Source of the DNA: Mobula hypostoma
Taxonomy: Eukaryota
Reading direction: 5' to 3'
DNA: 64,000 nucleotides
Assembly: GCF_963921235.1 (NCBI RefSeq)
Contig: NC_086097.1
Coordinates: 91,452,001-91,516,000, forward strand
In this document: one piece after another, positions 1-12,543 of the stretch
Numbering within the stretch: the first letter of the stretch is position 1
Layout: every line of letters begins with the position of its first letter
Translations under genes and position numbers: made by a program
The notes under the pieces: model-generated
Databases searched by the model: none
What the model was told of the DNA's origin: nothing
The model's input: only the letters and a program-made list of their open reading frames with translations

Positions 1-30
1 CTGGGCCTGCTATTATTTCAGGATGCAGTA

Positions 31-1215
31 CAGGTTGACCTTCCCTTATCCAAAATGCTTGGGGGCGGAAGTGTTTTGAATTTCAGAGTTTTTTTTTGGA
101 TTTTGAATGTTTTTTATCTATATAACGAGAAAGGTCGAGGATGGAACCCTAACCTAAACATGAAATCCATTTACATTAGATAATCAGCTTATACAAATAC
201 CCTGAAGATAGTTTTATAAAATATTTTTAATAATTTTGTGCACACAACAATAATTTTGTATCACTACACCGGCTGCCCAGCTGGACAGTCAGTGGCTATT
301 TAGCATCACCATCATTCCCCACTCTGAATCCATATGCAACCAATAAGCAGTCTTTGATTTACACTTCCTCATCACACATATGTACTGATACAGCATTCTG
401 TGTGTTAGATTTTCATCAGCGACAGTCTTGGCAAACTCATCAATGAATTTTTCTGCTGCTTTGTGATCAGCAGACGCCTTATCACCACGAACCTTTAAAA
501 GTTTAATGTCGTGCTTTTTCTTAAATTTCTGTAACCAGCCTACTGAATATTCACAATTGCCTTCAATTTTCAGTTTGTTTGATAGATCTTTGCTTCTTTC
601 ATGATCACATACAATTCACTCTGTCACTGACGAATCCATTCTTACAATATACAATCGAAATCTTCATTTTTCACTTTATGCAGTGTTTTTCCATTTTTCA
701 TTAACTTCCGTTCATTACTGTCAGTATAGAACTTTAACAGTGCGTCCTTCTATCCCTTTGGGTCATAGATGGTGGTTGTTCCAAGACCATACTCTGTCAG
801 GTGCTTCACACTTACACTGCTGTCAAGTTTTTCTAACAATTTGACTTTCTGTGTTATAGATAAACATAAATGCTTCCCCTTTTTCTTTGTACTATTATCC
901 ATAGTGGGTAACTTCAGACCTTTTTGACATTTTCAACAATCTCTTCACAGCACAGAGCAGAGAATAAGCACAAAAAATATGGTAGCCACTGATTAATGCA
1001 CAAAGGTCTGTCTATAATGACAGCTGAAAACAAATTAGCATCAACAGAGCACCACACAGGGTATATGAGGTCACTTCTCAGAATCATCTGTTGTGTGCAG
1101 AGACCTGCATGTTGACTGGGAACCCTCCCAGCATACTAGGGAATTTCCCATTTGTGTTGTCAAGTCAACACAAAAAAAATCAGATTTTAGATTTTTGAAT
1201 ATGGGGTGCCTAACG
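31..1215 (-). mobile_element. Tigger/pogo DNA transposon remnant (Tigger4-like), internally deleted
   Basis: TA followed by the terminus CAGGTTGACCTTCCCTTATCCAAAATGCTT. Degenerate other end near 1200-1215. Broken transposase N-terminus from ATG 930 on minus (KHLCLSITQKVKLLEKLDS...GTTTIYD, later GWLQKFKK). Confidence 0.8.
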
Positions 1216-1222
1216 CAATTTT

Positions 1223-1427
1223 AAACACAAAATACTCTGCAGATGCTGGGGTCAAAGCAACACTCACAACACGCTGGAGGAACTCAGCAGGTCGGGCAGC
1301 ATCCGTGGAAACGATCAGTCAACATTTCGGGCTAGAACCCTTCATCAGGGTTCTGGCCTGAAACATTGACTGATCGTTTCTACAGATGCTGTCTGAGCTA
1401 CTGAGTTCCTCCAGCGAGTTCCAAACA
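1223..1427. repeat. Penelope-terminus-derived fold-back with 70-bp inverted arms
   Basis: 1272-1341 is the approximate reverse complement of 1347-1416. Sequence is similar to the PLE 3' termini elsewhere in the window. Confidence 0.85.
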
Positions 1428-2384
1428 CAATTTTGCTTCTTTTTGTATTAGAACTGGTCAGTTCAGGTGCAAAGTTATCCACTATCGTCTTTGCAACTTA
1501 AAACTAGCTATTTCTCTTTCCACAGGTGTTGCCTCACCTGAGCGTTTTCAGCATTTTCTGTTTTCATATTTTAACTTTTTTTTGGATGTTTCAATTACTG
1601 AGAAATAATTGTGATTATTTTTGAAAGAAGTAAGTTGTTATTATCTGGAATGTTCTTCTAAAAAGTTTGCAGGAAGCAGAATTGTAAATAACTTTGGAAA
1701 ACATAATTGGATGGATATTTAAATAAAACAAGGGGTTTACGGAGGAGGAGATGAAAGTGACTGGGTCTAATAGGATGAATTTTTCAAAGAACCAGATCAT
1801 ACATAACAGGCCAAGTGGGATTCACTGTAAGATTAAGAGCTATTTGTTGCTGGTTCTTCATATTTCCATTTACTTTGTAAAACCACATTGGCTGGTGGCA
1901 CTTAATGAAAGAAGCAAACAGACATAAAGATGCAAATTGATGTAAAAATGATCAGGATCTATTTTAAGAATTTAAATAAGATTAACTGGGATTCTATAGT
2001 ATCTCATTATGTTGTACCTGAAGAGTAAACTAGCATGTTACTCAGATTTTTTTATGTTGCTTCGATGTGAAGTTGATTTGTAGATATAAGTATTAACTTA
2101 CTAAAAAGATCAGGAATAAACAATGGATAATATTCCACACATTGTATATGCCAGCAAAATATGGGTGTATTTTAACTTGGATGCATGCTCATCTTGTATT
2201 CAGTTTAAGTAGCATGTTTCAATTAGAATGGAAGATGAAACTGGCTATGAATATATAGAGCTGGTAGAACTGTTCCAATCACTTCACCTAATGATTATCC
2301 ACAAGGGTTTGGGACAACTCGTGCTTCTTTCCTTTTCCATCAGTTTGCAGCCAGTGTTATACAGAGAGAAATCAAGATAAATAA

Positions 2385-2665
2385 CATGCCCTCTTCTCAT
2401 TGCTACCACCAGGATGGAGGTAGAGGAGCCTGAAGACACACACTCAATGATTCAGGAACAGCTTCTTCCCCTCTGCCATCAAATTTCTGAATGGACATTG
2501 GAACCATGAACACTACCTCACTACTTTTTTTCTCTTTTTGCACAACTTATTTAATTCAACTTTCTTTCATATTATATTTACTGTAATTTATAGTTTTTAT
2601 TATTATGCATTGCAATGTTCTGGTGCTGTACAACAACAAATTTCACAACATATGTGGGTGATATT
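2385..2665 (+). mobile_element. Rex1/Babar-type LINE 3' fragment
   Basis: Encodes LFSLLPPG.R.RSLKTHT..FRNSFFPSAI, the typical C-terminus, followed by an AT-rich 3' UTR. Confidence 0.65.
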
Positions 2666-3640
2666 TAAAAGAAATGAAGAAAAATGCATTCATTCTAAAG
2701 CACTAAAGCACATCACAGAATGCAAGCCTGCAAAAAATAAATCAGCAAAATCGAAATCATCAGACCAGAAACACAACCAGTTAGCGGTTCACAAATTGAT
2801 TTATCATCTCTCTGTCTAAAGAAGGAGCAATACTCATGGATATATTTCACTGTCCAAAAAGAGCAGGAGCAAACAAAATTTCATCTTATATTTACTTGGC
2901 CATAGTGCAATAAAGTGGAGCTCAAAATTAAATATGCACAAGAAGTTCCAAAATGGCTACCAGAAAATGAGCAATAGAGCCAAATGTTGGCCAGTGCTTG
3001 ACTCCACTCTAAGAATGCAAGGCTGAAGAAAGCCCCTCCAAACCAACTTGTCATTCAGAAAGATGATGCCTGGTCTCTAACTTCAAATCTACTCAGCCAA
3101 CTAATCTGCTCCTCCCGTGATTTGTTTAGAATCAAAATACAACTCAATATCAGGCTTGAATATGTTGAATGACTGACCACAGCTGAGGTAGGGAATTGTG
3201 AGGATTTTTTGTGTGAAGAAATTGCTCACCTGAGTCTTAAAAAAAAATTGAAGTCACACCATCTGGAAATTGCCCTCCAAGCCACACACCAGGAAATATT
3301 TCATTGTTCCTTCATCATCAATGGATCAAAATCCTGGAACTCTCCCTTTAAACATTGTGGGCATACCCACACGTCAATATCTGCAGTGGTTCAAGAAGGC
3401 AGCACACCATCGACTTCTTGGGAGCAAATAGGAATGCGTGCTTATGTGCTGGGTCTGACCACAAAGCCCACATCCCTTGACTGAGTATAAAAAGAAACTG
3501 GAGTTGTGTTCCAGGCCACAGGAAACTGACACTCACTATTTACCCTGTAAAGCACTCAGCAATCTTATGTGGTTCAATGAAGTCATCTCTCATTTAAATA
3601 GTGTGCATTTATTGCAGTTGGTGTACAGTTGTATGCATTA

Positions 3641-4988
3641 CACTGGACAGCAAATTTTTTCAAAAGTCTTGCTTCCTCACATTATTTCTGTGGTTATGAT
3701 AGAGTACTTAAAGATGAACTCAAATATAGTTTCAGAATGTTTGCGTCATGTAGGAATTTGGTGAAACAACAAATTAACTTTTATTGAATATAATGTGTTT
3801 AACTGCATAGCAGTGCTGATGCTTTGCAATAATTCAGCTAAGCTAAAATTGTTTTGTTGATAATTTTCATTTGTACTCAGTGTCCGAGGCTTCTCACTCA
3901 AACGTCCAACAATAATCAGCCAGCATTGATGGATTCCAGTTGCCCTGATACCATTTCTCCATGTCTGCAATGTCCTGGTGAAACCTTTCACCATGCTCGT
4001 CACTGACAGTGCTAAGATTTGCAGGGAAGAAGTCTAAACGGGAATGCAGAAAATGAATCTTCAGCAGTGCAATGCACTTCATGGTTTTGTATGCTTGAAG
4101 TATGTTGTCAGCCAGCTGCATGTACTTTGGTGCTCCGTAGTTACCAAGAAAATTGTCAACATCTTTGAATGCCTTCCATGTTGTTTTCTCCAGTCCCACT
4201 AGAAGTTCTTTGAATTGAGTGTCATCAATGATCTGTTTGATTTGTGGACCAACAAAAATGCCTTCTTTAATCTTGGCATCAGTTACTCTGGATAACATCT
4301 GTCTCAAATATTGAAATCCTCCACCTTACTTATTCGTCGCTTTCACAAAATATTTCATAAGCCCCAGTTTTTTATAAGGAGGATGCAAAAATATCTTTGT
4401 TGGGTCAACAAGTATCTTATGTGCCACACTCTTCTGCCCTGGAACCAACTGCTTACAGAGTAGCCAATCCTTTTAATGAGATCCATGTAATGAGATTCTT
4501 TAGCACGGCTCTTCCATCACAAAAGAAACGACAGTACCTGGTGTATCCGAGCCGCATTCCTAGTACTCTCTGATCACCATAGATGTTCCAGTCGTAGTTG
4601 CTCTTCTGCACGTGTTTCAACAAGACTTTCAAATTTCAATAGTTTTCTTTCAGGTGTATTGCTTAGCGGATTGGTATTGTAGGGTGGACATTGTTGTTGT
4701 GCAACAGCACAGCTTTCGGACTGAACAGTGAAGAATCAATAAAAAGGCGCCATTATTGGGGGTCATGCAGGCAACCCAAAGCATGCCCAGGCATTTCTGG
4801 ACAAGATAGAAAACTTTTCAGTTTATATTGTGGGCAACATTTTAATTGAATTGAGATAACAATTATAGGCGATTCCAAAAATATTGGTGTGTATAGGGAA
4901 ATTTCATGGTGATTTTCATGATCAGCAGCCCAAATTCCATAAGGTACACGCCAAAATATTCAGGAAGCAAAATCATTGTTGTCCAGCA
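3641..4988 (-). mobile_element. Chapaev3-like (CMC superfamily) DNA transposon, internally deleted
   Basis: Imperfect TIRs (CACTGGACAGCAA...TTGCTTCCT and AGGAAGCAA...TTGTTGTCCAGCA) flanked by TTA at both ends. Transposase motifs WRLFIDSS, KAVLLHN, KEGIFVGPQI, KIHFLHS, SDEHGERFHQDI, MLADYCW. Confidence 0.75.
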
Positions 4989-5629
4989 TTATTATAATTG
5001 ACATGTTAACACTTCTTCATTTACCTAACAACTAATGGCATTGACAGTGGGTAATGCATGTTATGTTCCTTTCTGTCAAAACCAGTCCAGAATTCAGAGG
5101 AATTTGGAAAGTTCAAAACTGAAGCGACACCGTCTCTATATAGAACCAGGGATTAAACCACCAGCCCAAGGGAATATCAGCTTTTAGTCTCACTAATTTC
5201 TCTGATATTCATTTTCTTTATTAACATAAATCAATTAAGCTATGCTAGACCCTGGTTTCTCTATTTCCAGTATATTTATTACACCTTCTATTCAATGGGT
5301 GATATAAAATATTTGTTTGGCTCTTTCTTTATTCTGTTATAAATACATCTTTCTTACCTTACACATTAGACTTGATCTACCCTGCCAGAAAGGTTGGACA
5401 TAAAGCAGGGTGTTGAATGACAGCTAGGTTCCTCTCCTCTCCAAAGACTGGTTGAAAGGCATCAAAGAATGATGGGAAGCACAGTACTAACCCGATACCA
5501 CTAATATTGAGGGAAAGATGAATATGAAGAGTGTTTAATGTTCACAGTTTGACATCTGTCCAAAAGAAGTTAAAATTTTTAAACAGAGAACGTTGGGTAC
5601 CTAGGGTGTATCAAGTTGAAGTTGAATGG

Positions 5630-5866
5630 AAGGCATCAGGTCACAGTTAGCACAGCTACTGCCTCAAAGGACTAATGACTTAATCATGTTCTACTTTTTC
5701 TCCGATTCCAAAGATGTGCTGCTTGGTAAAGCGATAGTCCAATAGTAAATTGCCCTTAGATTTAACTGAGTGAATTGTAAATGGAAATGTAAGGAGAGTA
5801 AATGAATTCCTGGTGGTCAGCAGGACTGAGCGGCTGAAGGGCCTGTTTCTGTGTGGTATGTCTCTG
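5630..5866 (+). mobile_element. Degenerate V-SINE fragment
   Basis: CCAAAGATGTGC...GTAAATTGCCCTTAG body and a CR1-like tail GGCTGAAGGGCCTGTTTCTGTG. Confidence 0.5.
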
Positions 5867-6042
5867 TGATAAGGTTTATGTTGAGTCTGTACAACCATAT
5901 ATCTACTAAACAAAAGCACGCACACAGAAGTAAGGTTAACTGGTATATTCACTTTGCAGAGGAAGAACAACAGATCAATGTGCTTGGGTAAGTTATCAGT
6001 CAATAAGTGGTGCTAAGGGGAGTTATTGCACTAAAGGAAATA

Positions 6043-7108
6043 CAGGTGGCCCCCGTTTTCTGAACGTTCGTTTTACGACACCTTGTTGTTAGGAAAGACC
6101 TACATTAGTTACCTGTTTTCGCTAACAAAAGGTGTTTTCACTGTTACGAAAAAAGGCAGCGCGTACCCTGAGCAGCCAAGCTCCTCTCCCGGAACTGCAT
6201 TCTAGCCACCATTGCTTAAACACGTGCTTTATCTTGATTTATTTTGTGCATCCATTAGCAAGGGTTCTACGGTATTGGAAAAGCCTAAAACAGCTCATAA
6301 GAGTGTTACACTTAGCTTAAAACTAGACATAATTAAGTGTTTCGATCATGGTGAACGAATTAAGGACATTGTCCGCACGTTAAACTTGCCTGCGTCCACC
6401 ATTCGCACTATTTATACACAGAGAGAAAGAATCTTGAAAGCTGCCGATGTTACTGTGGGTCTATTGCTTGAGTGGATTGATGGGTGTACAAAGCGTGGTG
6501 TTCCATTAAGTTTTCTTATACTTAAGGAGAAATCAATCAGTCTTTTTAATAAGCTGAAACAGAAAGCACTGGATGATAGTGATGAAAGTGTTGTGAAAGT
6601 GAAATTTAAAGGTAGTCATGGGTGGTTTGATCAGTTTCTGAGGCAAGGGCAGCTTCATAGTTTAAACAGTGGTCCCCACCCTCCGGGCCATGAAGCATGC
6701 AGTGATGCACCAGTAGTCGGAACGCACCCAGCGCATCTTTAAGAAAAAAGCTGAAATAAACAAGCTAATTAATTAGGTGCCACCCGGCACGTATATGTTA
6801 GCCCAGATCAGAGGCGATTGCTGATTGCGTCAGGTGGTTATTCGTATAAGCAAGTGTTTAACTGTGACAAAACTGCAATTTATTGGAGTCTTCCCAATTC
6901 CGGTAAGTGTAAGTACACTGTACATACATTATTTCTACTTTATATGGGCTGTGTATGTTTATGTGTTATTTGGTATGATTTGGCAGCTTCATAGCTTAAA
7001 GATTACTGGAGAGAGTGTTTCTGCCAAGAGCGCTTCTGCCGAGAATGCTTCCACGAGATTTTCGCTGCGCTAGACAGTGCTGCAGAAAAGTATTTCTACT
7101 TTAAATAG
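6043..7108 (+). mobile_element. Tigger/pogo element remnant with N-terminal transposase (CENP-B-type HTH), rearranged
   Basis: Starts TA-CAGGTGGCCCCCG. ORF 6212-6742 includes KSVTLSLKLDIIK...STIRTI...FKGSHGWF. No DDE domain or second TIR seen. GGCAGCTTCATAG is duplicated around an internal insert. Confidence 0.8.
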
Positions 7109-7185
7109 GCATTCACCAAAATTACCTCTCAGTGATGATCATGTTCCTCTAACAGCAACGTAACACCTGCAACAGAGAAAGCTGT

Positions 7186-7558
7186 TGTAGCCCTCCCGGC
7201 AAGCCTCAGGGTCGCTCAACTCGCTGTCGTGTAGGGAACCAGCCCTCAGCCCTGCCAATCTGGGTAATTAAGTTTGTGTGGGTGCTGTGTGATGTACCCC
7301 ACCCTGCCAAATAACAGACAATACACCAGATATGATTAAATTAATTATAGTTTGTAGATATTACTGGAACTATATAATTAATAAAGATAAAATATAAAAG
7401 GAAAATAAAAGGTGCCACACTTATCAAAGTTCAATCTCTTCGTGCACAAACAGTTGGAGCTCTAGTAACGATCTTCTCTTCACCATTCGATCTCCTCTGA
7501 CTACCTTGACCTGCCGCCTGGGACGAACCACGGTGGTCGACCAGATGCTCCACACGAG
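7186..7558. mobile_element. LTR-like fragment inserted in Gypsy pol
   Basis: Starts TGTAG and interrupts the pol remnant. Its start resembles 55755-55860. Confidence 0.45.
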
Positions 7559-7983
7559 ACTTTTGACAATGTCAGGTTATTCCTTGTTTCTCTTTGTATT
7601 TCAGAAATTTTACCGATAACTGGTCCACAATGCTGAGTGGAACACCTCTACAGGGTCATAGAATGAAAAGTTCTCTTCTTCACTTGCCAAAAGTGGAAGA
7701 TGCAACAAGCATTGTTGTGTTGGTTGGTACTCTCGAACTCTATGTCATAAGAGTGGGCTCCTAGGAAAATTGTCCAACATTGTAACCAAGTAGCAGAGGT
7801 CATTGAGATTCCCTTCCTAGGATTGAAAATGGACACAAGAGGCTGGTGATCTGTCACTAGAGTAAACCTGTGGGGGAATTTCTTTATTCCCCATACTAGA
7901 CCAAGGGCCTTTTGCTCGATCTATGCGTAGTTGCGTTCTGCACCCATCAGTGATCTTGAAACAAACACAATCGGACCTTCAGA

Positions 7984-9247
7984 GTAACTCACACATACTG
8001 CTGGAGGAACTCGGCAGGCCAGGCAGCATCTATGGAAAAAAGTACAGTCAACATTTCGGGCTGAAACCCTTCAGCAGGACTGGAGAAAAAAAGCTGAGGA
8101 GTAAGTTTGAAAAGTGGGGGGAGGAGAGAGAGAAACACCAGGTGATCGGTGAAACTTGGAGGGGGAGGGATGAAGCAAAGAGCTAGGAAGTTATTTGGTG
8201 AAAGAGACAGAAGGCCATGGAAGAAGGAAAAAAAAGGGGGGTGGGGGAGGAGCAGCAGAGGGAGGTGATGGGCGGACACGGGGATCAGAAATGGAGAAGG
8301 GGGGAGGCATTACTGGAAGTTTGAGAAATTGATGTTCATGCCGTCAGGTTGGAGGCTACCCAAACAGAATATAAGGTGGTGTTCTCCAACTTAAGTATGG
8401 CCTTATCACGACAGTGGAAGAGGCCATGGGTGGACATATCAGAATGGGAATGGGAAGTAGAATTAAAATGGGTGGCCACTGGTAGATCCCGTATGTTTTA
8501 ATGGATGGAGCGTAGACGCTCGGCGAAGCGGTCTCCCAATCTACATTGGGTCTCGCTGATATACAGGAGGCCATCTGGGGAGCACCGGAGATAGTATCTG
8601 ACCGCAACAGACTCACAGGTGAAGCTGCCTCACCTGGAAAGACTGCTTAAAGCCCTGAATGGTAGAGAGGGAAGAGGTGTAGGGGCAGGTGTAGCTCTTG
8701 TTCCACTTGCAAGGATAAGTGCCGGGAGGAAGATCAGTGGAGAGGGATGAATGGACAAGGGAATCGCGTAGGGAGCAATCCCTTTGGAAAGCAGAAAGTG
8801 GTGGAGGGAGGAAGATGTGTTTGGCGGTGGGATCCAGTTAGGGGTGGCGGAAGTTTCGGAGAATTACGTGCTGGACTCAGAGGTTGGTGGGGTGGTAGGC
8901 ACGGACAAGAGGAATCCTATCCCTGGTAGGGTGGCAGGATGGTGGGGTCAGAGCAGACGTGCATGAAATAGAAGAGGTGCAGTTGAGGACAGCGTTGATG
9001 GTGGAGAAAGGGAAGCCCCTTTCTTTGAAATAGGAGGACATCTTTATCATCTCTTTTGTTGTAGAATGAAAAGCTTCATCCTGAGAGCAAATGCGGTGGA
9101 GGCGGAGGAATTGAGAGAAGGGGATGGCGTTTTTACAAGTAGGAGAGTGGGACGAGGGTGGAACGAGGTATAGTCCAGGTAGCTGTGAGAACCCATTGGT
9201 TTATAATAGACATCAGTGGATAAGCTGTCTCCAGAGATACAGACATT
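7984..9247 (-). mobile_element. Penelope-like element, 5'-truncated (RT C-terminus, GIY-YIG remnant, 3' repeat)
   Basis: LSTDVYYKP..SHSYLDYTS.HP motif and homology to the GIY-YIG at 31234-31527. It splits the Gypsy RNase H between DGS and EGPIVFVSRS. Confidence 0.88.
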
Positions 9248-9988
9248 TAGATCCATCTTTCACAGTGGGTGACAAAACGGCATCAATGTCATGGGGGATG
9301 CATTGCATGCCAGTCTGATGGACAGAGATGGGTCATAATGGGTAAGCAGTTCATCTAATGTTATTAGTCTCTTTGTTTCCTTGAATGCTCTTTCACATCT
9401 TTCTGACCATTCCCACTTTGTTCTTGTCTGTCACAGTGCATTCAATGGATGCAGCAATGTAGCAATGTTTGGGAGAAACTGGTGGTAGTAGTTTATAGGG
9501 CCCAAGTATGACCTGAGATGTGACACATTTTCCGTTTTGGGTGCTTGTAGCACTGCTTCAATCTTCTCTTGTGACTGATGTAAGCCATGCTTGTCAATGA
9601 CATGTCCACAATATGAGATTTCATTCTTGAAAAACTCACACTTCTCTGTCTTCATGCAGATCACACTCACTCAGCCTGGTAAACACTTTACCAAGCTTCT
9701 GGAGGTGCTTTTCATCATTCTTGCCAATCATAATAATGTATAACCCTCTCACAGGGCTCATATGCAAACTTGACTTGATAGCTAACTCGGCTAACAGCCA
9801 CAGAACTCAATGGTGAGGATGTAATGTTTATAAATAATATACCTCTAGGGTCAGTGTAATTTGGGGTTCAGCCAAATAGGAAAGGTGGGATAATCCAATT
9901 AATGGAACCTCAATTTGAGCGAATGCTGTGTAAATACTGCCCATTCACAATTATTAGTCAGCAAGAAATAACAGGTCATACACCGCAT

Positions 9989-11259
9989 TGTCATATACCC
10001 CGTGACAGGTTAAAGAACCAGCAGAAATGGAAAACAGTTTGGAGTCCAGTATTGCTATTAACAAATATTATTTATTAGTAACTACGCAATACAGTAATTT
10101 AAATGCAAATAAATCAAACAGGTTAGCAATGATTATATATAAGTAAGTATATCAGTAAGTGTGGAAATATATGAAAATCAAGATTCTTCAATTCTAGGGG
10201 TAAAAAGATACAATCTTACGATGATGAGTAAAGTTTAGTTCAGTTTGTGGTGTTGAGTTGAGTAGTGATGGAGAGAGGGAGAGAGAGAGCGGGAGAGATT
10301 TGAGTCTTCAGATGAGCTGACGCCATCGATCTTCCCGTTGTCCTCTGAAATCCTTTAAAAGTCACCGACTGTTACCACAACAAAGGGGACCGTTTTTCTG
10401 TGGTGGAGCTATTAACCCAGGCGAGGGTTGGACACATGGACAACTCCCCACCGGTCACTCCCTTTTCCTCACTGCAAGAGCCACTGATCGATCCATGTCT
10501 CCCATCCACTACGTAATGGACTCATTGGGCACAGGAGTACATTCAGCCAGAGACTCATTCCGCCGAGTTGCAACACAGAGCGTCATAAGAAGTCATTCCT
10601 GCCTGTGGCCATCAAACTTTACAACTCCTCCCTTGGAGGGTCAGACACCCTGAGCCAATAGGCTGGTCCTGGACTTATTTCCTGGCATAATTTACATATT
10701 ATTATTTAATTATTTATGGTTTTATTACTATTTAATTATTTATGGTGCAACTGTAACGAAAACCAATTTCCCTCGGGATCAATAAAGTATGACTATGACT
10801 ATGACTGATCGATCCTCCAAAAAACCCACTTTTTCAGTGGGCACAACAAAGCTCATTCAGTGTCCCAAAACATGTGCCTGAGGTCTATCGTCTGATCTCC
10901 TATTTATCTCACCATACTGGGTACCAACTGTCATTCAAATAGCTCCTCCTTTCTTTGTCTGTGTAAGAATGTACTAGCAGGCAAATGTCCTTGGAAAATA
11001 TAAACAACCTCCAGAGGAACCATAACCTCGATTGTCCAACAAATAACGCTGCCCTTGGTCACCATAGCGACCTACGAGCTGCTCGGTGCTCACTCTCTCC
11101 AACTCAGCAGAAAAGTTAGTCTCAGTTCCTCCTTGTGCCTTAAAGTGACAGTCCAAAAGTTAGTCTTCATCTCTGTCTCTCTCTCTATCTCTTTTCAAAA
11201 GCACAATTCATAGAGGCAATCGAGCACAGTTCATAGGGGTAATTCAGGACCCTGTCACA
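9989..11259. mobile_element. Solo LTR (family B) nested in LTR A
   Basis: TGTCA...TCACA termini with perfect 4-bp TSD GCAT (9985-9988, 11260-11263). Confidence 0.8.
10495..10803 (+). mobile_element. Rex1-type LINE 3' end with (ATGACT)n tail
   Basis: Encodes SHPL...HRSTFSQRLIPP..NTERHKKSFLPVAIKLYN. AATAAA precedes the tail. 12-bp TSD ACTGATCGATCC (10483-10494, 10804-10815). Confidence 0.85.
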
Positions 11260-12543
11260 GCATAGAATTATAAAGAAAGTATATTTACCAATTTCAGCTT
11301 TATCAAATAGTTAATGGGAAAAAGAAATGAAAAGAAAAGGACCCATTACAGATAAACCTGTCCAATGTGCACATAAACGTAGGAACTCATACTGGAGTAG
11401 TCAGGGGTGTATCCCTTACTCATGTGCTGAACCCACAGTCTGCATAGAATCACCCACCACAATTTTTAACCCCCCTTGAAGACTATCTCGAGCAAACTGG
11501 CCCTCTCCCTCAGCTGTATTGGCCTTTCCTCCTTGGAGCCATTCATGTGCACAAAACACTTCTTGCAACGGGGACAATCCTTCCACTGGCATTCTGTGGC
11601 ACCTTCCTTTCTGTCCCGCTCTGCTGCTCCTGCCTAAAGACCACAAAACCGGACTACTGTCCTTCAGAAAACTCCTCCCCATAGCTCTCTTGAACCTTCC
11701 CTCACATCCCACAATCCTGATTGGCTGATTCAAAGTCCTAAGCATGTGTCCTTATCTTAGCCACAATTTTCAGCATGGCACAGTGCTTTTACAGAAAACT
11801 GCTAATATAAATGACCTCATGGCATAATAGTAGAAATCTTAACCACGACATTACAGATGTCATCAAGCTAATATTGTGTTCCTGGGATAACGTCCATTGC
11901 TCTTTGCAAAAACGCTGGAGCTGATGCAACACCAAAGACAAGACGATTATACTGGAACAGTCCCTTGTGAGTGTTGATTGCGAAGAACTTCTTGCTTGAC
12001 TCATTGATCTCCATTTGCAGATAGGCTTAAGACAAGCCAATGTTTGAAAACTTCACCCCACCTGCCAAAGATGTAAAAATGTCTTCTATTCATTGCAGGG
12101 AGTACTGCACTATATGCAGCATAGAGTTGATGCTCACTTTGAAGTCCCCTCATATACGAATAGCTTCGGCCTTCCCTATCTTGATCACCAGGACAATGGG
12201 CATAACCAATCACTCCACTCAACCTTGGAGGGAGTACCAGATACCTCCAAGCTTTGAAGTTCAGCATCCACTTTAGGATGTAATGCATAAGTCATTGAAC
12301 ATGCTTTATGAAATCTTGGTGTTGCTGTTTCATCCAGTTCATTTCTGGCCTTCATGCCTTTGAGATTACCAATCCCCTTCTCAAACACCTTCTCATTAGC
12401 ATTAAGCTGCTATGACCATCTCTGGTTAGTGCTACCATCTGGGCTGCTGTTGCCTGTTGATGATATATTGAGAGCTTTGATTGTGTGCCAGTCATGTCTG
12501 AAAAGTGATGGCCCTCCACTTTTCAACACATAAAGCTCTAATG

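Larger units (their letters stand above)
9739..11855 (-). mobile_element. Solo LTR (family A) inserted in Gypsy RT
   Basis: Both ends match the reverse complement of 61897-62689. Ends TTACA. Flanks AATG/GATG. Strand is given relative to the 61897 copy. Confidence 0.8.

Noticed and set aside
6212..6742. Domesticated TIGD/CENP-B-like host gene
   Set aside because: Lies beside a TIR inside an LTR, has an internal deletion and lacks the DDE domain.
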